The position numbers and the translations under genes were made by a program. From Candidatus Amesbacteria bacterium GW2011_GWC2_45_19 (GTDB taxonomy: Bacteria; Patescibacteriota; Microgenomatia; CAZETR01; Amesbacteraceae), in NCBI GenBank assembly GCA_001001555.1, contig LCKS01000001.1, positions 82,066-146,065 of the forward strand: DNA of 64,000 nt, written 5' to 3'. The notes under the pieces were generated by a model that saw only the letters and a list, made by a program, of their open reading frames with translations, did no database searches and had not been told where the DNA came from. Positions 1 to 8,733 of this stretch are shown one piece after another (the first letter of the stretch is position 1; each line of letters opens with the position of its first letter).

Positions 1-455
1 AAGAAATGGTTTCCACCTTTAAGGTGGCAATTATTTTGGGGATTAAAGACAAGCAAAAGATTATTAAATTTGGCACGGTAGGTTTCGCAGGCTATGTGGT
101 CAACGCCACCGCTCTTTATCTCTTCACCAAATTAAATTGGCCCGGCTGGGCCGCCTGGGGTTTGTCCACCGAGTTGGCTATTCTCAATAACTTTACCTGG
201 AACAATATCTGGACTTTCAAAGACCAGCAAATAAACGGTTTGACTATGATTCTGTCTAAATTTTTGCAATTTAACATCACCTCGGCCGGAGGCCTGCTGA
301 TCCAGGTGGTAGTGGGCGTCGCGACAGACTATCTGACCGGCTCGCAATACCGCCAAATTGTTTTGCCTCTGACCATCGCCTTTTTAGTCATGCCCTACAA
401 CTATCTGATGTACACCCTGGTTATCTGGAGAAAAAAGGCGTCCAGTCGGAAATAG
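1..455 (+). CDS. GtrA-family flippase domain; probably the 3' part of a GT2-GtrA fusion cut by the window edge
   Basis: IKFGTVGFAG...NNFTWNNIWTF...YNYLMYTLVIWR is a 4-TM GtrA pattern. The frame is open to the window start. Confidence 0.8.
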   Translation, partial: EMVSTFKVAIILGIKDKQKIIKFGTVGFAGYVVNATALYLFTKLNWPGWAAWGLSTELAILNNFTWNNIWTFKDQQINGLTMILSKFLQFNITSAGGLLIQVVVGVATDYLTGSQYRQIVLPLTIAFLVMPYNYLMYTLVIWRKKASSRK

Positions 456-1467
456 CCGCCGTATTGTGGGCCAGGAAATTTAAACTGTAGAAATACATGG
501 GAATAATTAAGAGCAGCAATGCCCATCTGACCTCTTTTTTCTCCAACACATCAGTTAAACCCAATATAACTACGGGCACCATAGGCAACGAATATCTGGC
601 TATATCCCGGTGCGATACAAATAAAATCACCGCGTAAAATATCGCTCCCCACCACCCCCAGACTGCTGATTTTCTGAACGCCCTGATCACCCCGACCGCT
701 CCGATCAAGTACATCCACAACACGTCTTCCAGCCACCAATTGCCCACCCAGGGCTGATTGCTGTCAAAAACTTTGAACGGCAATGCTTGTAAATGAATAT
801 TGTCCCCGGAATTGAAATATGCCCAGAAATCCCCGGTGCGTAAATAATAAAAACCAAATACGGCCACCAATGCAGCCGGAATCAAAAGCGTGGGCCAAAT
901 TTTTTTATCAAATTTAGACGCCAATACAAAAGCCGGGAACAGCAAAATTCCCGGGCTTTTGGTCAATGTGGCCAGGGCTCCGGCAATGGCCGCCAGCCAA
1001 TACGATTTCTTTCGGAAAGCATATAGGGCAATTACTACAAACAATATAAATAACGTTTCCGGGCTACCGATAGACCGCACCACCCACATTCTCGGCCAGG
1101 CAAACAACCACACCAGACCAGCTATCAGAGGATTTCCCCATTTAAATTCCTCAAAAATTTTGTAAATAGCCAGCGCTGTTACTGCCGAAACTACTAGATT
1201 TATCATCACGGCAGACAGCGGGCTGCCTCCAAAAAGCCAAATCAGGGCGGGGTATAGAGGAAAATGCGCCGGATAATACTCCAGTGGCAGCGGGAAAGAG
1301 AAATTATTACCGATAAACGCTTTGTCATACCAGCTTTTGGCAATCACCACATAATATAGTCCATCGAAGTTCTCATATACTTTCTGCATTCCCACCGGCA
1401 CCCATAGGGCCAATGTCGAAAATACGGAAACTACGGCCAGGATCAGCATATTTCGGCTGATTTTCAT
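421..1467 (-). CDS. GT-C membrane glycosyltransferase (PIG-V/mannosyltransferase-like)
   Basis: FDGLYYVVIAKSWY, AHFPLYPALI, ETLFILF, LATLTKSPG and DIARYSLP motifs; multi-TM. Confidence 0.75.
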   Translation of the reverse strand: MKISRNMLILAVVSVFSTLALWVPVGMQKVYENFDGLYYVVIAKSWYDKAFIGNNFSFPLPLEYYPAHFPLYPALIWLFGGSPLSAVMINLVVSAVTALAIYKIFEEFKWGNPLIAGLVWLFAWPRMWVVRSIGSPETLFILFVVIALYAFRKKSYWLAAIAGALATLTKSPGILLFPAFVLASKFDKKIWPTLLIPAALVAVFGFYYLRTGDFWAYFNSGDNIHLQALPFKVFDSNQPWVGNWWLEDVLWMYLIGAVGVIRAFRKSAVWGWWGAIFYAVILFVSHRDIARYSLPMVPVVILGLTDVLEKKEVRWALLLLIIPMYFYSLNFLAHNTAAISDWTPFFSR

Positions 1468-1484
1468 GCTACAATTGTAGCATG
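1465..1484. promoter_or_regulatory. Palindromic bidirectional leaderless promoter (TGcTACAAT on both strands, 6 nt before each ATG)
   Basis: CATGCTACAATTGTAGCATG is a perfect 20-bp palindrome that includes both divergent start codons. Confidence 0.7.
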
Positions 1485-3638
1485 TCGAAAGGCGTCTCGG
1501 TAGTTATTCCCGCTTACAATGAACAGGACAATGTTGCCAAGTGCCTGACTTCTGTTTCTTCTGTCATAAAAAAACTTAAACTGGACGCAGAAGTAATCGT
1601 GGTCGATGATGGATCAACTGACCAAACTGGGGAAATTGCCAGGAAGTTTATTAAAAAAATCCCCAATTTAAAAATTGTCACCAATCACCCCAACCGCGGC
1701 TATGGTGGCTCTCTTAAGGCTGGGTTTGCCAAAGCCACTAAAGAATTAATTGCTTTTTTTCCCGCCGATAACCAATTCGATTTTTCCCAAATTTCTCTCT
1801 TACTGGAAAAAATGAAAGAAACCAGCGCTGATATTGTCAGTGGCATGAGAATCCACCGTCAAGATCCCCGGCATCGCCGGCTACTGGCCTGGATGTGGAA
1901 TACATTATTTGTTTCCCCTCTCTTTGGTTTCCTGGCTTTAGATATAGATTGCGGTTTTAAGCTTTTTCGCAGAAGTATATTAAAAAACGCTTATATTCCC
2001 GCGGAAAGGGGAGCTATGATCGATACTCAACTATTTGCTTCTGTGAAAGCTCATGGCCATGCTATCGCCGAAGTCCCCCTGGCTCACTACCCACGCACTT
2101 CGGGAGTTTCCACGGGTGCCAGCCCCAAAGTCATTATTCAATCTCTCATTGATTTGCTTAAATATTGGTGGCAGCTAAAGCAAGAGTTGCTCACTGAAAG
2201 AGGCAAAAATGTTTTCCGCTGGGAAGCCCTGGCTATTGTGGCCATTTTGGCGGCAGCCGCCTTTGTCCGTCTCTACAAAATTGACCAATATATGACTTTT
2301 TTGGGCGACGAAGGCCGGGATGTGTCGGTCGTCCGGGATATGTTAATAGGGCGCAAATTCACCCTGATTGGTCCCGGTACTTCCATTGGCAATATGTACT
2401 TAGGTCCTCTGTATTACTACATGATGCTGTTACCTCTGGCTTTGTTTAATTTTTCTCCCGTCGGGCCTGCTGTCCAAATCGCTTTGTTGGGGATGGCCAC
2501 CGTAGCTCTCTTGTGGTGGGTTGGCCGGCAATGGTTCGGCCGGGTTCCGGCTCTCCTAATTTCTATTCTCTATTCTCTATCTCCTGTCATAATCACCTAC
2601 TCCCGTTCTTCTTGGAATCCCAATATCATGCCTTTTTTTGCGCTTCTTTCCATATATGGTATTTGGAAAGTCTGGCGTCTGGGTTACTGGCGCTGGCTGG
2701 TTGTCACGGCCATCGCTTTCGCCTTCGTCCTCAACTCTCACTATTTAGGTTTATTATTGTTTCCCGTCCTTGGCCTATTTCGGTTCCTATCCAAAAAAAC
2801 TCCGAAAGCTAAATACTATTCTCTAATTTCTATTTTCTCATTTCTAATTTTAATGTCCCCACTTCTGTGGTTTGACCTGCGCCACAATTGGATAAATGTC
2901 AGGGCCGTCACGGCTTTTTTTACCGACCGCCAAACTACGGTTAATCTCAAAGCCTACAAAGCCCTGCCCAATCTTTGGCCTCTTTGGGTGGACATAAACA
3001 CGTCCCTCCTGGCTGCCAAAAATAAGCCGCTCGGGGCCGCCACGGCAATTTTATTGATCGGAGGACTAGTTTATTTAATCAAATCACGCCCCTCAAAAGA
3101 TTTTTGGTTTACTGCCACCTGGATGAGTGTCGGTCTAATCGGTCTGGGCTTATACAAGCAGCATATTTACGACCACTATTATGGTTTTCTTTTTCCAGCC
3201 CCCTTTTTACTCCTGGGCTTTATATTGGAAAAAATTAAAAAGTGGGCTTGGTTAGTTTTTGGGGCGCTGCTTCTGGCAAATATTTCAAATTTCCCCTTGC
3301 GTTTTTCACCCAATAATCAACTTGCTCATACCCAAGAAATTGCCGGATTTATCAAAGAGCAGGCCTCCGGCCAGCCTTTTAATCTTGCTTTAATTGCCAA
3401 AAGAAATTACGACAAGGGCTACGTCTACTTTTTAGATATCCAGAAGGCCCCTTACTACACTATCCACCAAAAACTATCAGATCAATTATTTGTAATTTGC
3501 GAAGACCCGGTTTGTGAACCTATCAACAATCCTTTGTGGGAGATTGCTGCATTCGGCTGGGCTAAAATTGACCGGCAGTGGGAATTTCCCTGGGGCACCA
3601 AACTCTTCCGTCTCGTCCACAATTCTACCGGAAAATGA
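1482..3638 (+). CDS. Fusion: GT2 polyprenol-phosphate glycosyltransferase + ArnT/PMT-like GT-C
   Basis: N-terminus VSVVIPAYNE, VDDGSTD, ADNQFD, DIDCGFKLF. C-terminus LGDEGRD, GPLYYY, SRSSWNPN with many TM helices. Confidence 0.85.
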   Translation: MSKGVSVVIPAYNEQDNVAKCLTSVSSVIKKLKLDAEVIVVDDGSTDQTGEIARKFIKKIPNLKIVTNHPNRGYGGSLKAGFAKATKELIAFFPADNQFDFSQISLLLEKMKETSADIVSGMRIHRQDPRHRRLLAWMWNTLFVSPLFGFLALDIDCGFKLFRRSILKNAYIPAERGAMIDTQLFASVKAHGHAIAEVPLAHYPRTSGVSTGASPKVIIQSLIDLLKYWWQLKQELLTERGKNVFRWEALAIVAILAAAAFVRLYKIDQYMTFLGDEGRDVSVVRDMLIGRKFTLIGPGTSIGNMYLGPLYYYMMLLPLALFNFSPVGPAVQIALLGMATVALLWWVGRQWFGRVPALLISILYSLSPVIITYSRSSWNPNIMPFFALLSIYGIWKVWRLGYWRWLVVTAIAFAFVLNSHYLGLLLFPVLGLFRFLSKKTPKAKYYSLISIFSFLILMSPLLWFDLRHNWINVRAVTAFFTDRQTTVNLKAYKALPNLWPLWVDINTSLLAAKNKPLGAATAILLIGGLVYLIKSRPSKDFWFTATWMSVGLIGLGLYKQHIYDHYYGFLFPAPFLLLGFILEKIKKWAWLVFGALLLANISNFPLRFSPNNQLAHTQEIAGFIKEQASGQPFNLALIAKRNYDKGYVYFLDIQKAPYYTIHQKLSDQLFVICEDPVCEPINNPLWEIAAFGWAKIDRQWEFPWGTKLFRLVHNSTGK

Positions 3639-5002
3639 TTATTTTTCTTACCCTTTTATCCGCCTTTTTTTTAAGAATCTATAGAGTCTCTGATTTTTTA
3701 GGATTCTGGTACGATCAGGGCCGGGACGCATTAGTCATCTGGGATCTGCTTCATAAAGGCAAATTCTTCCTCATAGGCCCCACCACCGGCATTGAGGGCA
3801 TTTTCTTAGGTCCTTTTTATTACTATTTTATTGCTCCGGCTTACGCTTTAGGACGGGGCCATCCGGCTGTCGCCGCTGTATTCCTGGCTCTGGTCAATGC
3901 GGCCGCTATTTATTTAGTGTATTTGTTTGGCCGCAAGTATTTCAACCAAACTACCGGCCTTCTGGCAGCCATTCTTATTTCGTTCTCAACCAGGTTTATG
4001 CAAGACCAGCGTTGGCTGTCTAATCCCACTCCATTACCCTTGTTTGCAATTATTGCTCTTCACGCTCTTATGCAGAGCCGTTGGTGGCTTTTGGGACTAA
4101 GTGTTGGATTATCTCTGCAGCTTGAAGCCGCATCTGCAATATTTTTTCTCCCGGCGATTTTAGTTATTTTGCACCGCAAATTTAACAGGCATATGCTTAT
4201 AGGACTGCTGTTTTTTGGTCTTACCCTTATGCCCCAAATTATTTTTAATTTCCGTCACCAAAACATTTTGTTTGGTGCTTTCAAAACATTTTTAGTAAGC
4301 CAGCGCAGTTTTCAGCCGCAGCCGGTGGCTTTTCTGTCCACCCGGCTGAAGTTTTACTACGATACTTTTACTCCCAGATATTTTCGCACTCCCGGCACAG
4401 CCCTGTTTTTTTCCGTTTTTACTTTGGGAACGCTGGTTCTGGTCTGGCGTAAATTACCAAACACTCCGTTAAAAGTTCTTCTTATCTGGTGGCTGACCCC
4501 GATGGTTCTGCTTCTTTTCTACCACGGGAACAAAGGCTATGTTTGGGATTATTATTTTACAGGGGTTTTTCCCGCCCTCACCCTTCTTATCTCCGCCATC
4601 TGGGTAAAAACCGGTCGGAAATTTGCTGCCATTTTCTTAACTATCTTTCTCTACCAAAATCTTTCTGCCACTTCTGCATTTTTACGCCAGCCCCAGCCCG
4701 CTTACATTTCTCTTACTCCCCAAATTCAAGCCGTAGACTGGATTTATTCTAATGCAGCCGGTAAACCATTTAATACCGACGCTTATGTTCCCCCCGTTAT
4801 TCCTTACGCCTACGATTACCTGTTTCTCTGGCGCGGCCGGCCCGAAACCAGGCTAGTTGCCGATCTGTATACCATTCAGGAACCGGATCCCGGACATCCG
4901 GGTCTTCTTAATGCTTGGTTGGCCCGGCAGGATAGTTACTCTTCGATTAAACAAACTGTTATTTTCGGCCCGCTCACGGTTCAACACCGCACCCGGCGCT
5001 GA
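3635..5002 (+). CDS. ArnT/PMT-like GT-C glycosyltransferase
   Basis: WYDQGRD, LGPFYYY, RWLSNP. Paralog of the C-terminal half of the previous gene; start set at the ATGA overlap. Confidence 0.8.
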   Translation: MIIFLTLLSAFFLRIYRVSDFLGFWYDQGRDALVIWDLLHKGKFFLIGPTTGIEGIFLGPFYYYFIAPAYALGRGHPAVAAVFLALVNAAAIYLVYLFGRKYFNQTTGLLAAILISFSTRFMQDQRWLSNPTPLPLFAIIALHALMQSRWWLLGLSVGLSLQLEAASAIFFLPAILVILHRKFNRHMLIGLLFFGLTLMPQIIFNFRHQNILFGAFKTFLVSQRSFQPQPVAFLSTRLKFYYDTFTPRYFRTPGTALFFSVFTLGTLVLVWRKLPNTPLKVLLIWWLTPMVLLLFYHGNKGYVWDYYFTGVFPALTLLISAIWVKTGRKFAAIFLTIFLYQNLSATSAFLRQPQPAYISLTPQIQAVDWIYSNAAGKPFNTDAYVPPVIPYAYDYLFLWRGRPETRLVADLYTIQEPDPGHPGLLNAWLARQDSYSSIKQTVIFGPLTVQHRTRR

Positions 5003-5015
5003 TATACTGGAAAGC

Positions 5016-5753
5016 ATGGCCCAAACTTATCTTTCTATTGTTATTCCCGCCTGGAATGAATCTGCCAACATCAAAAGAGGAGCCTTAGATCAAGTTCTCA
5101 AATACCTCGCCCGGCAGAAATTTTCCTGGGAAGTAATTGTTGTTAACGATGGTTCTTCAGACGACACGCTTAGACTTTTGGAAAAATATTCCATTAAAGT
5201 CATCAACAATCCCCATCAGGGTAAAGCGGCCAGTGTCGCCTCCGGAGTTTCCCAAAGCGCGGGCCGGATAATTCTTTTCAGCGATATGGACCAAGCCACT
5301 CCCATCTCCGAGTTCGACAAATTTATCCCCAAGTTTAAAGAAGGTTTCGACATTGTCATTGGCTCCAGGTCGGGCCGCAAAGGAGCTCCAATTTACCGTC
5401 AAATCCTGGCTTACGGCATGGTAATTTTGCGTACCATTCTGCTCCGCTTGCCATACCGGGACACCCAGTGCGGTTTCAAGGCTTTTACCAAGCCAACCGC
5501 CCAAAAACTTTTTGTTATTTTTAACAAAGTTCATCCCGTCAGACCGACAACGGGGGGTGTGACCAATCCGGGTTTTGACGTAGAACTACTGTATCTGAGC
5601 CGCAAGCTGGGATTTCGCACGGCAGAAGTTACAGTAAATTGGGAGCATCAGCATGGCGAGAGAGTCCGGTTTATAAAAGACGCCATCGCTGGCACTTGGG
5701 AACTGCTTCTTGTCCGCTGGCGGTCTCTTACCAATACCTATGGCCTCCGTTAA
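5016..5753 (+). CDS. GT2 dolichyl/polyprenol-phosphate glucosyltransferase-like
   Basis: LSIVIPAWNE, NDGSSD, FSDMDQATP, DTQCGFKAF, FDVELL. TGaTATACT lies 7 nt upstream of the ATG. Confidence 0.85.
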   Translation: MAQTYLSIVIPAWNESANIKRGALDQVLKYLARQKFSWEVIVVNDGSSDDTLRLLEKYSIKVINNPHQGKAASVASGVSQSAGRIILFSDMDQATPISEFDKFIPKFKEGFDIVIGSRSGRKGAPIYRQILAYGMVILRTILLRLPYRDTQCGFKAFTKPTAQKLFVIFNKVHPVRPTTGGVTNPGFDVELLYLSRKLGFRTAEVTVNWEHQHGERVRFIKDAIAGTWELLLVRWRSLTNTYGLR

Positions 5754-6516
5754 ACCTCTGCTTTCGGTCATAATTCCCGCCTACAACGAAGAAAAAAGGC
5801 TGGGTTCTCATTTGGAACTGGTATTGAAATTTTTTCGTTCTCGCTACCCCAACTTTGAGTTGATTATTGTCGACGACGGAAGTAACGATGCTACCGCCCG
5901 GACAATATCTGCCGCAATCCCCAAAGAACCTCGCGCTCATCTCATTACATACCAACCCAACCGGGGCAAAGGTTATGCCGTAAGAAAAGGAGTTCTGGCT
6001 TCGCGCGGCGACCCGGTTCTTTTTATGGATGCCGATTTGTCTACCCCCCTGTCCCAGGTTCCTAAAATTTTGCAGGCCCTTTGGGGGGCTGATATTGTTA
6101 TCGGTTCCCGGGGTCAGGCCAAATCCGATATCCGTCAGCGCCCTCCACTTTTCCGCAGATTAGCTTCGTTTATATTTGACCAGATTAAATATGCTTTAGT
6201 CGGCTTGCGCCGCTTCAAGGATACTCAATGCGGATTTAAAGTTTTCCGCGGATCTATCGCTCGCCAATTGTTTGCCCAAAGCCAAGTTAACCGTTTTATG
6301 TTTGACGTAGAGATTTTATATCTGGCTGAACAAGCTAGAATGATTATTCGCGAAATACCGGTCACCTGGGCCGACGCTCCCGATAGCCACGTGCGTTTTT
6401 GGGAAGGAGTGGTCAGCATGTTCCGTGACCTCTGGCGCATCCGCCGCATACACCAGGGACACTCCTTTAAGGTTAGTCCTTTTAAGGCTAAAGATCGATC
6501 ACGGAGTTCTGAATAA
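5740..6516 (+). CDS. GT2 dolichyl/polyprenol-phosphate glucosyltransferase-like; C-terminus runs through the REP-like repeat
   Basis: LSVIIPAYNE, GKGYAVRKG, FMDADLSTP, DTQCGFK, FDVEIL. Confidence 0.85.
   Translation: MASVKPLLSVIIPAYNEEKRLGSHLELVLKFFRSRYPNFELIIVDDGSNDATARTISAAIPKEPRAHLITYQPNRGKGYAVRKGVLASRGDPVLFMDADLSTPLSQVPKILQALWGADIVIGSRGQAKSDIRQRPPLFRRLASFIFDQIKYALVGLRRFKDTQCGFKVFRGSIARQLFAQSQVNRFMFDVEILYLAEQARMIIREIPVTWADAPDSHVRFWEGVVSMFRDLWRIRRIHQGHSFKVSPFKAKDRSRSSE
6456..6483. repeat. RAYT-associated REP-like repeat, copy 1
   Basis: GGGACACTCCTTTAAGGTTAGTCCTTTT, identical to 6665-6692. Confidence 0.9.
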
Positions 6517-7180
6517 CGCTAATAGAGGCCTCTTCTAATCTTTGATCTTCCACAAAAGACTCATATGAGTTTGTACCAGCCGCAGCAAAGTATCCCAAGA
6601 TGTCTTGTGGCTTTACCCACTCCTGGTTGATCCTCCCCAGGTAATTGGGATAAGATGACGGTTGGGGACACTCCTTTAAGGTTAGTCCTTTTTGAATAGG
6701 GTTGCGATGGATGTATCTAGTGAGATGAAGGAGTTGTTCTTCAGTTTCGACCAAAACAGCCTTGTAAGTATCCTGGAAAAGACCGCCAACCCGTTTATCA
6801 TGACGGTGATTAAAGTATTGAGCATAACGGGTAGCAAGAGATCTCATGAATTTCTCAATTCCTCGCTCATTCTTTTGTTTTATCAATAAATGAAAGTGGT
6901 TTGGCATCAGACAGTAAGCCCGTAAATCAATTTCTCCAGCGAAATTATTCATCCTCAACAACTTAGCTGCTTCCGATTTTTCCTTTGGTGAAGAATCGGG
7001 ATCCGCAATTATCTGAGCTAAACTACTTACGTCTTTAGGGGACAAATACTCTTTTAAGTAAGACAAAAAGACAGCTTCGTCTTGATGGTCAACAAATATC
7101 GTTCTTTTTTCCACCCCCCGGTTATAGATATGATAATAACCGTTAGGAAGATAATCTTTGACTTTGTTTCTGGCTGGCAT
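6488..7180 (-). mobile_element. REP-associated tyrosine transposase (RAYT; IS200/Y1 HUH family)
   Basis: YHIYNRG, YCLMPNHFHLL (HUH), LFQDTYK, YIHRNP and SSY motifs. Confidence 0.9.
6665..6692. repeat. RAYT-associated REP-like repeat, copy 2 (inside the RAYT gene, in frame)
   Basis: Identical 28-mer; encodes KGLTLKECP on the minus strand. Confidence 0.9.
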
Positions 7181-7186
7181 AGGGTT

Positions 7187-7210
7187 ACTCCTTTAAGGTT
7201 AGTCCTTTTT
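7187..7210. repeat. RAYT-associated REP-like repeat, copy 3
   Basis: ACTCCTTTAAGGTTAGTCCTTTTT, just upstream of the RAYT start. Confidence 0.9.
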
Positions 7211-7274
7211 GGCTTGCGGGGCAATACCGAGGATGTTAGACTAAATTAGACTAAATTAATCTGGTTGAGTTTTT

Positions 7275-8733
7275 ATGAAAATCAACGCTAAAACGATAAT
7301 AATTGGACTTTCAATATTACTTCTGGCAACTACCCTTCGTTTTTGGAATCTCAATTCATTGCCCATTTTTGCGGATGAAGCCATTTATGTGCGCTGGTCC
7401 CAGGTCATGCGCGCCGAATCCTCCTTACGTTTCTTGCCTCTCTCGGACGGCAAACAGCCTCTATTCATGTGGCTCACCATTCCTTTTTTGCGCATTGGCT
7501 GGCCTGGGCACAGTCATAGGTATCGGCCTAGCTTCCTACTTTCTATTTTCTAATATCAGGTTATCAATACTCACTACCCTGCTGGCCGCTGTCCTGCCAT
7601 ACCTGGTTTTCTTCGACCGGATGGCCCTGGCAGATAGTTTATTGGCTATGTTTTTAGTTTGGACATTTAATTTTTCTTATTTGTCTTTTATTCACCGGCG
7701 GTTAGACTTAGCCATGTTTGCCGGTTTCGCTCTGGGATTTGCCTGGCTGACTAAATCTCCCGCCATCTTCGCTTTCTTTCTCCTCCCTCTCAATTTTCTT
7801 TTTATACCTAAATATTCAGCCAAAAATATTCTAATTTCTAGTTTCTATTTTCTGGTTTCTGTCGCCATTGCCTTCGGCATGTATAATATTTTGCGTTTGG
7901 GCCCGGAGTTCCATCAGATTGCCTTGCGTAATGCAGACTATGTTTTTCCGCTGGCCGAAATTTTGCGTCATCTGCTGGATCCGCTCCTGCCCCATCTTAA
8001 AGATTCTTTTCTCTTTTTTGCCTACTTTCTCACTCCGCTAGGGCTGCTGGCCGCTATTACCGGCATTCTGGCCGGAGGCCGGTCTCGTTGGCGGACTCGT
8101 CTGGTCTTGGCCGCTTGGTGGCTAGGGCCGGTGCTGGTTCAATCCGCCATCGCCAGAGCCTTCACTGCCCGTTATTTATTGTTCACCGTTCCCTTTGCCG
8201 CGATTTTGATTGGCCACGCTTTGGAACATATTGGTCAGCGTACCCAAAAGCACTTTCTATCAATGGCTGCCGCCGGTCTGATTATCCTTCCGGCTTTGGC
8301 CATGGATTATTTGGCTGTTGCCCGCCCTGAATCTTTACCCCTACCCCGGATCGAACGGTCTGGCTATTTGGAAGACTGGACAGCCGGTTACGGTCTGCGG
8401 GACGTAGCCCAACGATTGCGCCAGTACGCCGCTGCGGGTCCGGTTTTGGTCGGCAGCGAAGGCTTTTTTGGCACCCCATTTAACGCTTTGCAACTATATT
8501 TAAACGATGTTTCCAACGTCCGTGTCATTGGCGTTGGTGTCTGGATAGACTCCGTCCATGAAAAACTTAAGAATTCCTTAGCTGATAACCAGGTGTTTTT
8601 AGTTGTTAATTCCACCCGCCTGCACGCCGACCCGGATCAAATAGGGCTAAAACTCATCGTCAGTTACCCCAAAGCTTACCGTCCCGACGGCACCCGCGAG
8701 TATCTGCTATTTTTCCAAGTTTTATCTAAATGA
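7275..8733 (+). pseudogene. ArnT/PMT-like GT-C glycosyltransferase, frameshifted near 7490
   Basis: N-terminus (FADEAIYVRW, KQPLFMW) is in one frame and the body (ALAGLG...DRMALADS...LTK) in another. A short segment appears deleted at CGCATT. Confidence 0.7.

Noticed and set aside
6456-7210. Three 23-28 bp direct repeats as a CRISPR array
   Set aside because: Spacing is about 180 and 490 nt, one copy lies inside a gene, and there are no cas genes. RAYT-associated REPs explain them better.
7480-7500. Programmed ribosomal frameshift at CCTTTTTT
   Set aside because: A conserved coding segment is missing at the junction, so slippage would not restore a full protein. A deletion or artefact fits better.
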